Of a stretch of 64,000 nt of DNA, positions 9,418 to 19,369 are shown piece after piece. Source of the stretch: a virus; IMG/VR virus record IMGVR_UViG_3300013104_000002, positions 1-64,000 of that record. One strand, given 5' to 3'. Numbering within the stretch: the first letter of the stretch is position 1; the number at the start of each line of letters is the position of its first letter. The position numbers and the translations under genes are program-made. The notes under the pieces were generated by a model that saw nothing but the letters and a program-made list of their open reading frames with translations, made no database searches and had not been told where the DNA came from.

Positions 9418-10321
9418 CTATTTAGATTTAGAATTCCCGTGGTATCAGAATGGTATCAAAACTATCAAACCGTCAGGGATGATTTCTTTAAGAAAGTTTA
9501 TCTCAGCCGTTATTTCTCCAAAACCTGATATGATAGAAGCTTTTAAACTTATTCAAGAGGCGGGGAAAAGAAAAGATAAAGGAGAGAAAGACAGATTGAA
9601 AACTGAAAAATTATTTTTTACAACACCATCTGTCATAGTTGATCCCATACGTAATTATGAGTCAATAAAAAAATTTCTTCCTTTTGCTATTTTGGAATAT
9701 GATGATATACCCTATGCAGAAGAATTGAGAGATTACATTTTTGAGAAAAGAAAAGACTGCATTTTTGCTTTTGTTTCACCGTCAAAAACGGGGAGTAAGT
9801 TTATTTTTCACATAGAAACTCCTAAAAGTATTGAACATTACAAACAGCTTTATTTTGGAATTGTTTACGACCTAGACAAATTCAAGAATCTGGATTTGAG
9901 TAATGAGCGAGTTACCCAACCATTATTCAATAGCTATGATCCTAATGCAAAATTCAGAGAAGATGCTTTAGTTTCTAAAAAACGAGGTTATAAAGAAAAT
10001 GCTTTCGATGCTAATAAAGAGATAGAGTTCGAAATTCCAGAAAAAATTGATGAAACAGTAGAGAAAAAAGTTATAAGTAAGATATATTTTTTAATGGATA
10101 GAATTGTAGATAACGCTCATCCTCAATTATTAGGTCTTTCGTTTTTAATTGGTGGGTGGTCTGGCGCTAACTTCATAGGTCAGGAACTCGCCTATGATAC
10201 TATGGTAGATGCAATAGAGCAGAATGATTATATGAGCAAAAATGTGCAAGGATATCTATTAACAGCCAAACAGATGTTTTTTAAGGGATTGAATCATCCT
10301 GCTGAATTTAAGACTAATTGA
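9410..10321 (+). CDS. VirE N-terminal / BT4734-like primase-type (AEP-fold) protein
   Basis: FAILEYDD and FAFVSPSKTGSKFIF match the VirE_N-type pattern; start MNSYLD preferred. Confidence 0.65.
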   Translation: MNSYLDLEFPWYQNGIKTIKPSGMISLRKFISAVISPKPDMIEAFKLIQEAGKRKDKGEKDRLKTEKLFFTTPSVIVDPIRNYESIKKFLPFAILEYDDIPYAEELRDYIFEKRKDCIFAFVSPSKTGSKFIFHIETPKSIEHYKQLYFGIVYDLDKFKNLDLSNERVTQPLFNSYDPNAKFREDALVSKKRGYKENAFDANKEIEFEIPEKIDETVEKKVISKIYFLMDRIVDNAHPQLLGLSFLIGGWSGANFIGQELAYDTMVDAIEQNDYMSKNVQGYLLTAKQMFFKGLNHPAEFKTN

Positions 10322-10422
10322 TTATGACCAGAGAACAAAAATTGCTAACCTTATTACAACCCAAGGATTATGTTTCGAAAATTAAGCTATTTTGTCCTTA
10401 TTCTAATTTTTCTTGCCGAAAA

Positions 10423-10454
10423 TTTGGTCAATCCGAAAAACTTCCTTACATTAG
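10423..10454 (+). promoter_or_regulatory. possible Bacteroidota promoter (variant -7 box)
   Basis: TTTG, 20 nt spacer, TACATTAG (one mismatch). Confidence 0.45.
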
Positions 10455-10480
10455 CCGAATAATTATAAAACCAAGAGAAA

Positions 10481-10816
10481 ATGGGTAATTTATTAGAAGA
10501 TTTAAAAAAGTATTATACCGAAACTTCAGAAGAACAAATTAAAAAAGATTGGGCTAAAAGTGAAAAGTACGATCAGGTGGGAATTACTGTTGATGACTTT
10601 ATAAAAATAAATAAAAGCAATATGAATGAATTAGAAAAATTAAGAGAAGATTTTAAAAAGCCTAGATTCAATAATTTCGAGTTAGAGGACACCTTGCGAG
10701 CTATATTTATTGACGAAACTAAAAATAAGCTCTGGGCTGAAAAGGGAGACGGAGATGCAAATTTTGCTGAAGAGTATGTCTTTTGGTTAGAAGAATTAAT
10801 TTTAAGTAATAAATAA
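10481..10816 (+). CDS. hypothetical phage protein
   Basis: 111 aa ORF; may be a fusion of two small modules. Confidence 0.6.
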   Translation: MGNLLEDLKKYYTETSEEQIKKDWAKSEKYDQVGITVDDFIKINKSNMNELEKLREDFKKPRFNNFELEDTLRAIFIDETKNKLWAEKGDGDANFAEEYVFWLEELILSNK

Positions 10817-10821
10817 AAATT

Positions 10822-11142
10822 ATGGAATTAACAGAACTAATGAAAGCCCTGGCTAAGAAGAACATCTCGACATCTATAAGATATGACCCAGAATACAATC
10901 AAGCATATCTAGATTTAGAGACAAATGCAAAGAGTCATTTATATTTGTATGAAGATGAAATATTAAGAGGCAGGTATCAATATGAGAAACGAATAGAAAT
11001 ATATTTTAAAACCGAGGATGAAATAATAACGGAATTGTGTCGAGAATTCATAGAAGCACTGCATGGTAGAGGGTATTATCAATCTGGTTGGGGAGAGATA
11101 TGTAAAGAAAAGGGTATGGATTTAGAAATTATTTATTTTTAG
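10822..11142 (+). CDS. hypothetical phage protein
   Basis: 106 aa ORF. Confidence 0.6.
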   Translation: MELTELMKALAKKNISTSIRYDPEYNQAYLDLETNAKSHLYLYEDEILRGRYQYEKRIEIYFKTEDEIITELCREFIEALHGRGYYQSGWGEICKEKGMDLEIIYF

Positions 11143-11318
11143 AGTTATGAAATACGGATTATTTGCAACAGAGAAGATACGAACAGAATATACAACTATA
11201 GGACATTATTTATCGGAAAGTTGTTTTGAGTATTTGTGCTCATTCGATTCTGTAGAGGAAGCTAAAGAAGCTCAGAAAAATTATTCAATTAATACTATTA
11301 TTATACCTCATTATTGAT

Positions 11319-11630
11319 ATGACAAAGAAAGAACAATTCATAAATTATTTAAAAGAGCAAGGACTTTTAAAATTATTTTTACCTGTAATTCCAGATAAAG
11401 ACACTCTAGTTTTTTATAGAGATGTATTTATAACTACTTTTCAACTTTGGTGTTTGAATCTAGCTATTTTATTCTGTTTTATTATGGTACTCCCTTTATT
11501 AGTTAAACCTCAATATATTTTAATTGATATTTGGAATGTTATTGTTAAATGGATAACACATCCTTATCAAATTAATTACCTAGTATTTTGCTTTTTTCTT
11601 TCACTATATTTAACTTTTTTAGAATCATGA
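11319..11630 (+). CDS. putative membrane protein
   Basis: two hydrophobic segments. Confidence 0.6.
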   Translation: MTKKEQFINYLKEQGLLKLFLPVIPDKDTLVFYRDVFITTFQLWCLNLAILFCFIMVLPLLVKPQYILIDIWNVIVKWITHPYQINYLVFCFFLSLYLTFLES

Positions 11631-11830
11631 AATATTTATTATTATATTTTGCACCATTAGTGCTTACAAACGCTTTTTATTTTTTGTTCCGCGCGAAAAA
11701 AGATAAAACAGATTATTCCTTGTTCATGCAACTAACTCTAGTACCCTTATTAAATTTATTAATATTAGGTCTACAACTAAGGATTTTGTGGGAAGATTAT
11801 GTAAAAATTAAAACAAGAGAAGATGAGTGA
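11627..11830 (+). CDS. putative small membrane protein
   Basis: start MKYLLL with ATGA overlap; two hydrophobic segments. Confidence 0.55.
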   Translation: MKYLLLYFAPLVLTNAFYFLFRAKKDKTDYSLFMQLTLVPLLNLLILGLQLRILWEDYVKIKTREDE

Positions 11831-12203
11831 TATGATAATATATACAGAAGATGGAGAGTACAATCTACATAATTCTGAACTAATAGAACATCTTGAAAAC
11901 GATGGATATACTATAATAGGTGATGGTTTACATACCGTTGATTATGAAGGGAATAAGATGCTTAGAGAAATTATACAGTTGTTTCTTGTTTCTGATATTT
12001 TTGCGCGAGAAAATATTTATAGAAAATTATTTGATAAAGAAACTGAAGATATAGATTTTACTTTAAATAAGTATAATAACTATGATATTTTTAATTATCT
12101 CGACTATAATTCTTTTGACTTCTTAGATAATATAGATAGCCAAGAGACAGTACGCCATTTAGAGGATTGTGGATATGTAGTAAAAGACAGGTGGGAAGAA
12201 TGA
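11823..12203 (+). CDS. hypothetical phage protein
   Basis: 126 aa; HLExxGY repeated twice. Confidence 0.6.
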   Translation: MSDMIIYTEDGEYNLHNSELIEHLENDGYTIIGDGLHTVDYEGNKMLREIIQLFLVSDIFARENIYRKLFDKETEDIDFTLNKYNNYDIFNYLDYNSFDFLDNIDSQETVRHLEDCGYVVKDRWEE

Positions 12204-12424
12204 GTAAACTTTTAATATTTGAAAATCGTTTAAAGAAAATAGGAATAGATATAAAAATGTATGGAAATATGCCTTGGATTTATATAGATTATATAAACGG
12301 TAAAAAAGTAAAAGAAAAGTTTCAAGGAAATCATGGTTTTACAATAGCTTTCTTAAATAATACTCAAGAAATAAAATTTACAGATTTAAAAACAATATTT
12401 AAATTAATAAGACAGTATATATGA
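12200..12424 (+). CDS. hypothetical phage protein
   Basis: start MSKLL with ATGA overlap; GNMPWIYID...NHGFT. Confidence 0.65.
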   Translation: MSKLLIFENRLKKIGIDIKMYGNMPWIYIDYINGKKVKEKFQGNHGFTIAFLNNTQEIKFTDLKTIFKLIRQYI

Positions 12425-12618
12425 ACAAACTAAGACAACAACTAAATGAATTAGAAAAAGTGTGTGATGATTTTGCAATAGCTTTTGTTAAGTACATTGA
12501 TAAATCTTACTATCAACACCCAACTAAAAGGAATTGTTATGCTAAATGTGAAGAAGATTTTCACAGCGGGGAAACATATACAATAAAAGAATTATTAAAA
12601 CTATACAAAAATGAATAA
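12421..12618 (+). CDS. hypothetical phage protein
   Basis: 65 aa ORF. Confidence 0.55.
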   Translation: MNKLRQQLNELEKVCDDFAIAFVKYIDKSYYQHPTKRNCYAKCEEDFHSGETYTIKELLKLYKNE

Positions 12619-12826
12619 ACCATATATAAGAACAGAAATAACTATAGCAGATGGTGAGCAATCAATGTATATTCAACCAGGTGTAGGAGAGAATATAGAA
12701 ATATATTTTAAAGAGATAGAAGATCAAAAACAGAGTGATTTGTTTTATATTTCTAAAGATGAGCTCCCAGTTATTATTCAAAAACTACAAGAAATGATGG
12801 ACTATAATTCGGCGGATAAAAAGTAA
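12611..12826 (+). CDS. hypothetical phage protein
   Basis: 71 aa ORF. Confidence 0.55.
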   Translation: MNKPYIRTEITIADGEQSMYIQPGVGENIEIYFKEIEDQKQSDLFYISKDELPVIIQKLQEMMDYNSADKK

Positions 12827-12828
12827 AT

Positions 12829-13317
12829 ATGAGAAAAGTAAATGAAAATTTTTCGTCAGTATTAATTAATTATTATTTGACAGAATTGTGCACTTTGAAA
12901 AAAGGTAAAAAGAAAGGGTTGGGTTCTAACCAATCAGTTTATAATATTACTACTGAGATGTTATCAGAGCATGGCTTACATTCAGATGGTGCAACTACAA
13001 TTGGTGATTTAACATTTATTCATTTCAGACTAAATAGGAAATTTCCTGCTGAAAATTCAGAATTATTTGATCAAATATATGGTTATGATAATTTAAAAGT
13101 AGACATAGGATTACCCTTTGAAACAGACCAATGCGCTTTTAGTTTTGAATATGATACTAATAATAAAAGCTGTACATTGAGGAAAAATGTATGGGGTAGG
13201 GTTGAAAAACTAATGTATTTCGAAACCTTTAATGATTTGTGGGTAAATTATAAAAATGCGAAATCTTTTGAGAAGGTTTTACAAATCGCGGAAAAAGAGA
13301 TAAAAACAGAGAAATAA
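12829..13317 (+). CDS. hypothetical phage protein
   Basis: 162 aa ORF. Confidence 0.6.
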   Translation: MRKVNENFSSVLINYYLTELCTLKKGKKKGLGSNQSVYNITTEMLSEHGLHSDGATTIGDLTFIHFRLNRKFPAENSELFDQIYGYDNLKVDIGLPFETDQCAFSFEYDTNNKSCTLRKNVWGRVEKLMYFETFNDLWVNYKNAKSFEKVLQIAEKEIKTEK

Positions 13318-13508
13318 ATACGATACAATCAATTTTAATAATTTACAGTATAATTACAGGTGTTCATTTTCTTGCGACAGGGCTATACCTACTACAAGAT
13401 GATATAGATGAAATAGATGGTTTTTGGGATTGGGTAATATACAATGTATTTTGGATAGTACAACCTATAAAAGCTATAATTAAATTCGTAAAAACAAATA
13501 TAAAATAA

Positions 13509-15098
13509 ATGGATAAACAGAGAAAGTATTCAGAAGAACAAATTAAATATGTCCAGGATTTAGTAGAGGCAGGAAATAATGTTACACCTTCTGCTAAACT
13601 AATGTGTGATTTTTTTAATATTCCCTATAACGAGTCTGTCGGGAGGGTTTTTAGAAATAAGATGCAAAAAACAGGAGTCACTGCGAATACTACTTCAATA
13701 GAAGATACAGATGTCTTTAAAGAGGCTCAGAATAAAAAACATGACTCTTCTAAAAAACGATTTTTAATTAGTTGGGCACAGTCAGAAACTAAGGTGCATA
13801 AAGGATTTCTTAAAAATATGGAAGCTTATTCAAATCATATTGATGCTCAGATTCTTATTGTTGCAGGAAGGTATCGGAATCCGACATCTCTTTCCGCAAG
13901 TAAAAGTATAGAGGATAAAGAGAAAAACGTTAAAAATTCGTGGGATGAGTCGGTATTACCCTATTTAGATGCTGCAAGACATAATATACATAAACATTTA
14001 GTAGTTTTATCAGATGTTAAAATACAACCAACTGCTTCTACTCCTATTCAAGGTTTAAATAATATTACAGGATTGGAAAGTTGTATTGTAGGTCATCCTA
14101 GAGTGCAATTAAGGTCTTTACCTGTAGTTGAAGGTTACCCAAGTAAAATGGTTTTAACTACTGGAGCAGTTACTGAATCAAATTACACTGATACTGCTAT
14201 AGGAAAAAAATCTGAATTCCACCATCAATTAGGATGTGTAGTAGTAGAGTTAGATAAAGATATTTTTCATATACGCCAAATAACCGCAGATGATAAAGGG
14301 GATTTTTACGATTTAGTATATTGTATTAAATCAGGAGAAGTGCATCAATGTAATGAAGGTGTTCCTGCTATTGTTTTTGGCGATTTGCATATTACAGAGC
14401 ATAACCCTGAAGTAGTAGAAGCCTCCTTCGATTTAGCTAAAAAATTAAAGCCAAATAAAATTGTTTTACATGATGTTGTAAATTCTCACTCTATCTCTCA
14501 TCACGAAAAAAGAGATCCTTTCTTACTATTACAACGTGAAGAAGATGGTTCCTGGGAGCTTCAAAAAGAGTTAGACACCGTTATTGAATGGTTTAATGAT
14601 CATCCTAATTTTAATTATGTGGCTGTTCGTTCTAACCATTGCGAGTTTATTGACCGCTGGCTTAGAAATGAAGATTGGAGAAAAGTGAGTAATAAACGAT
14701 TATATCTAGAATTTGCCAATCTTATAGCTGAAGGAAAAGCCACTAAAGGAATTGTTCCATATTATTTAGAAGAGAGGTTAAGCAATGTAAAAGCTTTAGG
14801 TATTGATGAAAGATTTGATATAAAGGATTGGGAATTATCAATACACGGTCACATTGGTGTTCATGGATCTAGACCTAGTCCAATACAAATGAAAAATCTT
14901 CCGGTCAAAACAATTACAGGGCACTCACATGTTGCTCATAGAGTAGACGGGCATTTATCAGTCGGTACTTTAACTTATTTAAGAGTTGGTTATAATCAAG
15001 GAAGTAGTGCATGGAGTAATTCAAATGTTGTTATTTACCCTAACGGTAAAGCTTCACATGTTCATATAATAAACAATAAATATACAACTCTATTTTAA
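13509..15098 (+). CDS. calcineurin-like metallophosphoesterase/nuclease resembling T5 A1, with N-terminal HTH-like region
   Basis: GDLH, LHD, SNH, HGH, GHSH motifs; middle region RFLISWAQ...GHP...TTGAVT..NY..FHH. Confidence 0.8.
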   Translation: MDKQRKYSEEQIKYVQDLVEAGNNVTPSAKLMCDFFNIPYNESVGRVFRNKMQKTGVTANTTSIEDTDVFKEAQNKKHDSSKKRFLISWAQSETKVHKGFLKNMEAYSNHIDAQILIVAGRYRNPTSLSASKSIEDKEKNVKNSWDESVLPYLDAARHNIHKHLVVLSDVKIQPTASTPIQGLNNITGLESCIVGHPRVQLRSLPVVEGYPSKMVLTTGAVTESNYTDTAIGKKSEFHHQLGCVVVELDKDIFHIRQITADDKGDFYDLVYCIKSGEVHQCNEGVPAIVFGDLHITEHNPEVVEASFDLAKKLKPNKIVLHDVVNSHSISHHEKRDPFLLLQREEDGSWELQKELDTVIEWFNDHPNFNYVAVRSNHCEFIDRWLRNEDWRKVSNKRLYLEFANLIAEGKATKGIVPYYLEERLSNVKALGIDERFDIKDWELSIHGHIGVHGSRPSPIQMKNLPVKTITGHSHVAHRVDGHLSVGTLTYLRVGYNQGSSAWSNSNVVIYPNGKASHVHIINNKYTTLF

Positions 15099-15104
15099 TG
15101 AATT

Positions 15105-15130
15105 TCCCTCTCTAACCCAGAGGGATTTTT
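15105..15130 (+). terminator. intrinsic terminator
   Basis: TCCCTCT-7nt-AGAGGGA followed by TTTTT, just after the stop. Confidence 0.75.
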
Positions 15131-15172
15131 CATTTACACTCTATTTTATTTTAAAAATTTTTTACTATTTCT

Positions 15173-15204
15173 CTTGTGTATTAAATATATTCTTTGTAGG
15201 TTTG
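15173..15204 (+). promoter_or_regulatory. Bacteroidota primary-sigma promoter
   Basis: CTTG, 20 nt spacer, TAGGTTTG (15197-15204), after the terminator. Confidence 0.65.
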
Positions 15205-15256
15205 TCAAATATTAATCTGCTGTTTATCTGTTTATGCGGCGAAAAAATTATAAAAT

Positions 15257-15673
15257 ATGATAAATTATGAAGAAATAAAAGCTAAAATGGATGCTTATCT
15301 GGAATCTGAAGAATGTAAAGAGTATTTCCGTAAGATGAGGGCATGGAATAAACGTGAAAAATATCACTCGGAAAGAGTACATGAGTTCATCAAACTTAAT
15401 CCAATATATCTTGAGAAATTCTTAATATGGGAAGAAAAGTATCAAGAACGAAAATATAAACAAGGTGTAATTACAAATTCAAGACTGTTCAATATGATAT
15501 TTGGTATTTGGTCACAATACGGCAAGGAAACAAACAAAGATTACAAAAAAGATAAGTATGGATTTTTAGGGGGATCTTATAAGTATTTGGGGTATAAAAT
15601 GCAGGTTTTTATAGGTCAAGGTAGTTTTCATAGGGTTTATAAACATAAAGAATGTATATTTCAAAGTAATTAA
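15257..15673 (+). CDS. hypothetical phage protein
   Basis: 138 aa, C-terminal GQGS motif. Confidence 0.65.
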   Translation: MINYEEIKAKMDAYLESEECKEYFRKMRAWNKREKYHSERVHEFIKLNPIYLEKFLIWEEKYQERKYKQGVITNSRLFNMIFGIWSQYGKETNKDYKKDKYGFLGGSYKYLGYKMQVFIGQGSFHRVYKHKECIFQSN

Positions 15674-15694
15674 TAATTTAAAAATAAATAAAAT

Positions 15695-15877
15695 ATGAGA
15701 GTATCTGACGAAGCAGTGAAACAGCCATTAAAATTAGATGGTAGGAAAGTAATTGTTCAAGAAATTAGTTGTTACGAATACGTTAAAACGGATAAAGCTT
15801 TTATTTATAGAAAAGAAGTTATATATCACTTCAAAAATGAGGAAGAAGCAACGGAATATTATTATAAAAATAAATAA
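15695..15877 (+). CDS. hypothetical phage protein
   Basis: 60 aa ORF, A-rich leader. Confidence 0.55.
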   Translation: MRVSDEAVKQPLKLDGRKVIVQEISCYEYVKTDKAFIYRKEVIYHFKNEEEATEYYYKNK

Positions 15878-15900
15878 GAGAGGGAAATACAAAAATAGAT

Positions 15901-16164
15901 ATGATAAAATTAGACGAAAATTCAAACGCACAAGCTTGGGAATTAGAAGTAGTTTGTAGAAATAAGAAATATTTAGACGCTGTAGTAAAAGCTATTTTAA
16001 AATATGGCTGTATTGGTTTTGAAGTAGAGGCTGGAGAAGGTGGTTATAAAAAAGATATATGGGACGGTAGATATACTGTTTTAATTTGGTGCAGTTGGTT
16101 TAGTTATTTGGGAAAATTAGGAGTAGATTTGTCGGATATTGAAGAAAAATTAGAAAAAATATGA
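15901..16164 (+). CDS. hypothetical phage protein
   Basis: 87 aa ORF. Confidence 0.6.
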   Translation: MIKLDENSNAQAWELEVVCRNKKYLDAVVKAILKYGCIGFEVEAGEGGYKKDIWDGRYTVLIWCSWFSYLGKLGVDLSDIEEKLEKI

Positions 16165-16252
16165 ATTACAAAACAAAAAGAAATTTAGTTATTGCCTTAG
16201 ACATAGTTCTTTGGATTGCATTATTATTTTTTGGATTTAAATATTTTACAGG

Positions 16253-17341
16253 ATGTTAAAGAAAATTAGAGAAAAAAGAATTGAACAGTTTAAAAAAGAT
16301 TTCCCAGATTTTAAAGTTGCCAAGAAAACAGGATCTTTGTATATTCCTATAGATGAGCAAAAGATTCCTAAAACTATTAAATATAATGGTAGAGCAATTA
16401 CTAAAGGAACGATTAATAAACTAGGAACATTTCAGCATTGGGATATCACAACTAACAGAAGAGTTTATTTGATGAGTCCAAAAGGAAGATTAATGATTAA
16501 GTATCCTAATAAGAATTTTAAATCCGTTACACTAAAAAGTTTAAGAGGAGATTGTAATGATCTCTCTAATGTCTTTTTTATAGGTAAGAAATATGAATGG
16601 TTGAAAGATTATGGAAAATTACAGGCTTACAAATTCTTTCAAGGTTTTAATTCTTTGGGGGAAGCTAAAAAATTTTTAGGTTATTCTTTTATCTCCGATG
16701 AAGATTTTGTTAAATGTTTTTCGGAGTACGATGTTGATGCTCTAGAAGTAATGATCTTAGCTAAAGAAAAGAAAAACGCAGTGAATTTACTTAAGGATAT
16801 AAAATCTGAAACTATAGATATTTTAAGAGATTATATCAGCATGTGTCAGGATAATGGGTTATCTATTGAAATTCCCGCAGGTAAAAATAAACTAGAGGAG
16901 CTACATGATTCAGCTAGATGGGAAATAAATAAAATGACTGCTGAATATTACTCTAAAGAATACAGATATGGTATTAAAGAGGATTTTACAGAATTTTGGA
17001 AAGAAAGTGGACTTGTTTTTAGACGTTTAGAAACACCATATGAAATGTATACGCAAGGTTTGAAACAACATCATTGTATAGGAACAAATTATGCCAAAAC
17101 ATTACATCAATACGCTTTTTATACTTTTACTTTTGAAGATAATGAGTATGATATGCAGATTTATAGAGATGGTACAATAGGGCAGTTTTATGGAAGAAAG
17201 AATTGTAGTCCTCCTGAAAGTTTGCGTGAAAAAATAAAACAAACTCCTACTTTAAAATTTCAGTTGGAAGATACTAAACCTGGATTGGACAACTATCCTA
17301 TGATAAAGGAAGGAAGTAATGAAGAACTAATACCATTTTAA
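16253..17341 (+). CDS. PcfJ-like domain protein
   Basis: LEELHD ... QGLKQHHCIGTNY ... QFYGRKN. Confidence 0.7.
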   Translation: MLKKIREKRIEQFKKDFPDFKVAKKTGSLYIPIDEQKIPKTIKYNGRAITKGTINKLGTFQHWDITTNRRVYLMSPKGRLMIKYPNKNFKSVTLKSLRGDCNDLSNVFFIGKKYEWLKDYGKLQAYKFFQGFNSLGEAKKFLGYSFISDEDFVKCFSEYDVDALEVMILAKEKKNAVNLLKDIKSETIDILRDYISMCQDNGLSIEIPAGKNKLEELHDSARWEINKMTAEYYSKEYRYGIKEDFTEFWKESGLVFRRLETPYEMYTQGLKQHHCIGTNYAKTLHQYAFYTFTFEDNEYDMQIYRDGTIGQFYGRKNCSPPESLREKIKQTPTLKFQLEDTKPGLDNYPMIKEGSNEELIPF

Positions 17342-17586
17342 TGAAAACAAATATAAAAATTATGATAGGAATTAAATGTAAATCAGGGCACGTTTTTTCA
17401 GCGTGTAATGAAAATTATATAGACGCGGAATGGAAATTACAAGAAGCTTATTATAAAGCTCAGGGATGTGAAATTGAGTTATCTGACGAGGTTAGATTCT
17501 CTGAATGTGATTGTGAACATTGTCAGTCTTTAGAACATGAATTTGAGAATTTGATTGAAGAAATTATTACTAATAGCGAAAATTAA
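17341..17586 (+). CDS. hypothetical Cys-rich phage protein
   Basis: 81 aa with CDCEHC. Confidence 0.55.
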   Translation: MKTNIKIMIGIKCKSGHVFSACNENYIDAEWKLQEAYYKAQGCEIELSDEVRFSECDCEHCQSLEHEFENLIEEIITNSEN

Positions 17587-17757
17587 AAATTATGTCAGCA
17601 ACTTACGAAGGATTTGAAGAAAAAGACATCATTACCCCTGATTTAATAGGTGAGAAAATAATAGAATATGCTAAAAAATACGAAGGTACAGATAAATATG
17701 GGGCAGTTATGCTAGCCATAGAATTTGGTTATGAGTTAGCTTTAAAAAATCTATAAT

Positions 17758-18081
17758 ATGAAAATATATAAATTTGAACATAAAGGGATAGGCGGAGAGA
17801 CTGATTGGGTTTGCGCGCCTAATATAAAAGAAGCAAGAGATTTTTATTCTGGTGAATCAGGTATTAGGTCTTTTGAGAATTTTATTGTTAAAGTTTTAAC
17901 TAAGGCTGAATTAGAAAATAGTTACTTACTTGATTTAGATGAACCAGAGCCAGATTGGGATGAGTATGAAGGAGATTTAATTGAAGATGATTTTTGTTGC
18001 GGTTATTTGGTTATACAATCTTTTGCGGAATATTTAAAAACAGCTAAGTATACAGATATGGTAGCTACAACAGCTTATTAA
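17758..18081 (+). CDS. hypothetical phage protein
   Basis: 107 aa ORF. Confidence 0.6.
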   Translation: MKIYKFEHKGIGGETDWVCAPNIKEARDFYSGESGIRSFENFIVKVLTKAELENSYLLDLDEPEPDWDEYEGDLIEDDFCCGYLVIQSFAEYLKTAKYTDMVATTAY

Positions 18082-18083
18082 TT

Positions 18084-18410
18084 ATGAAGAACGATAAAGG
18101 ATTATTTATAAAAGATCCAGATAAATTTCGAGTACCAAGAAAGTTAAAAAAACAAATTCCTAAAGATACTTTTTATTGTTATAAGCCAACTTCGGATTTT
18201 CATTATCTTAAAAGTGGAAATTATGGTTTTACTGTTAAAACTTGTCCTTTTTATACTTGGAAAGCATTTAAAGATATGAAACCATTACCTTCTTGGATAG
18301 ACGATGACTATTTAGAAGAATTCGGAGATGTTGAAAATGGCTGGTGTAAACTAGTCAAATGTGAAATAGAGGATCAATGTAAAAGTTGCGGATTAAAAAC
18401 AGGGTATTAA
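18084..18410 (+). CDS. hypothetical Cys-containing phage protein
   Basis: IPK..YCY, CPFY, DQCKSCG. Confidence 0.65.
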   Translation: MKNDKGLFIKDPDKFRVPRKLKKQIPKDTFYCYKPTSDFHYLKSGNYGFTVKTCPFYTWKAFKDMKPLPSWIDDDYLEEFGDVENGWCKLVKCEIEDQCKSCGLKTGY

Positions 18411-18438
18411 TTATGGATCAAATAAAAATAAAGAGAAT

Positions 18439-18891
18439 ATGAAAGAATCAATACACAATCTAGTAAAAGTACTAGAACAATTAGAAGATTATTTAGATTT
18501 TACTGTATTTTATACTTATGAAGAGTTTCTTTCTTCTCATCATTTTTGCCCCGCTTTTGACTTTGAAAGGGACTACTATGAAATCCAATATGATAGTGAT
18601 AATGATTTGCAGATTTTACGATGGGTTTTAAAATCAGGTAATTATGAGAAAGGGTTTGTTTTAAGTGAAATAGAGATAAAAGAATTAACCTCAAATTTAG
18701 TTACAGGTTGGGCAGAAAAAGTTTTAAAAACTAATAAAGAGGGAATAGAAAAAATAAACGAAGACAACTGGCAACATTTCTTAAAAGGAGATATTATTAC
18801 TTCAGAGTTTAGTGAAGATGTAATTTATTCTATAAGAACAGAAAAATTAAGCAGAGAAGAAATTATGGACAGATATAAAATTAAATTATGA
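18439..18891 (+). CDS. hypothetical phage protein
   Basis: 150 aa ORF. Confidence 0.6.
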   Translation: MKESIHNLVKVLEQLEDYLDFTVFYTYEEFLSSHHFCPAFDFERDYYEIQYDSDNDLQILRWVLKSGNYEKGFVLSEIEIKELTSNLVTGWAEKVLKTNKEGIEKINEDNWQHFLKGDIITSEFSEDVIYSIRTEKLSREEIMDRYKIKL

Positions 18892-19091
18892 ACTGGAAAG
18901 AAGAAAATGATGAGTGGTATTTAAACACACCTATAGGGAAAATGAGGATAAAGAAAGACTCTGGAACTTACGATGCGTATTGTAATGACAATTTACTAGG
19001 TTCTTATTGGGATTTAAAAAATGCACAAGACGAAGTTAAAGTAAATTTGTCTGTAACCTACTACAGACTTAAAATATTATTAGAGTTATGA
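18888..19091 (+). CDS. hypothetical phage protein
   Basis: 67 aa ORF, ATGA overlaps. Confidence 0.55.
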   Translation: MNWKEENDEWYLNTPIGKMRIKKDSGTYDAYCNDNLLGSYWDLKNAQDEVKVNLSVTYYRLKILLEL

Positions 19092-19369
19092 CAGCACTCC
19101 AATTCCTAAAAGAAAAACAAGAAGAGCATTTCAAATTACATGGTGTATATGCAGATGTAGACAGTAAGATAGCTCAGTGGATGGAAGAGTATAAGAATTT
19201 AGATAATTATACGGATGGCGTTTATAATACTTTATTGAATAACATTAATAGGGTGGAAGTAATTAATCATAATTCTTCTAGATTTGATATTGGTTGTATT
19301 TTTTCTTTTCGCGGCAATATTGAGTTACAATTACAAGACAATAATAAAACTATAAAAGTGTTTATATGA
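19088..19369 (+). CDS. hypothetical phage protein
   Basis: 93 aa ORF, ATGA overlaps. Confidence 0.6.
   Translation: MTALQFLKEKQEEHFKLHGVYADVDSKIAQWMEEYKNLDNYTDGVYNTLLNNINRVEVINHNSSRFDIGCIFSFRGNIELQLQDNNKTIKVFI

Noticed and set aside
2542-18694. Minus-strand ORFs within the + strand early array (e.g. 3931-4233, 8743-8925, 15734-15931)
   Set aside because: They overlap better-supported + strand genes.
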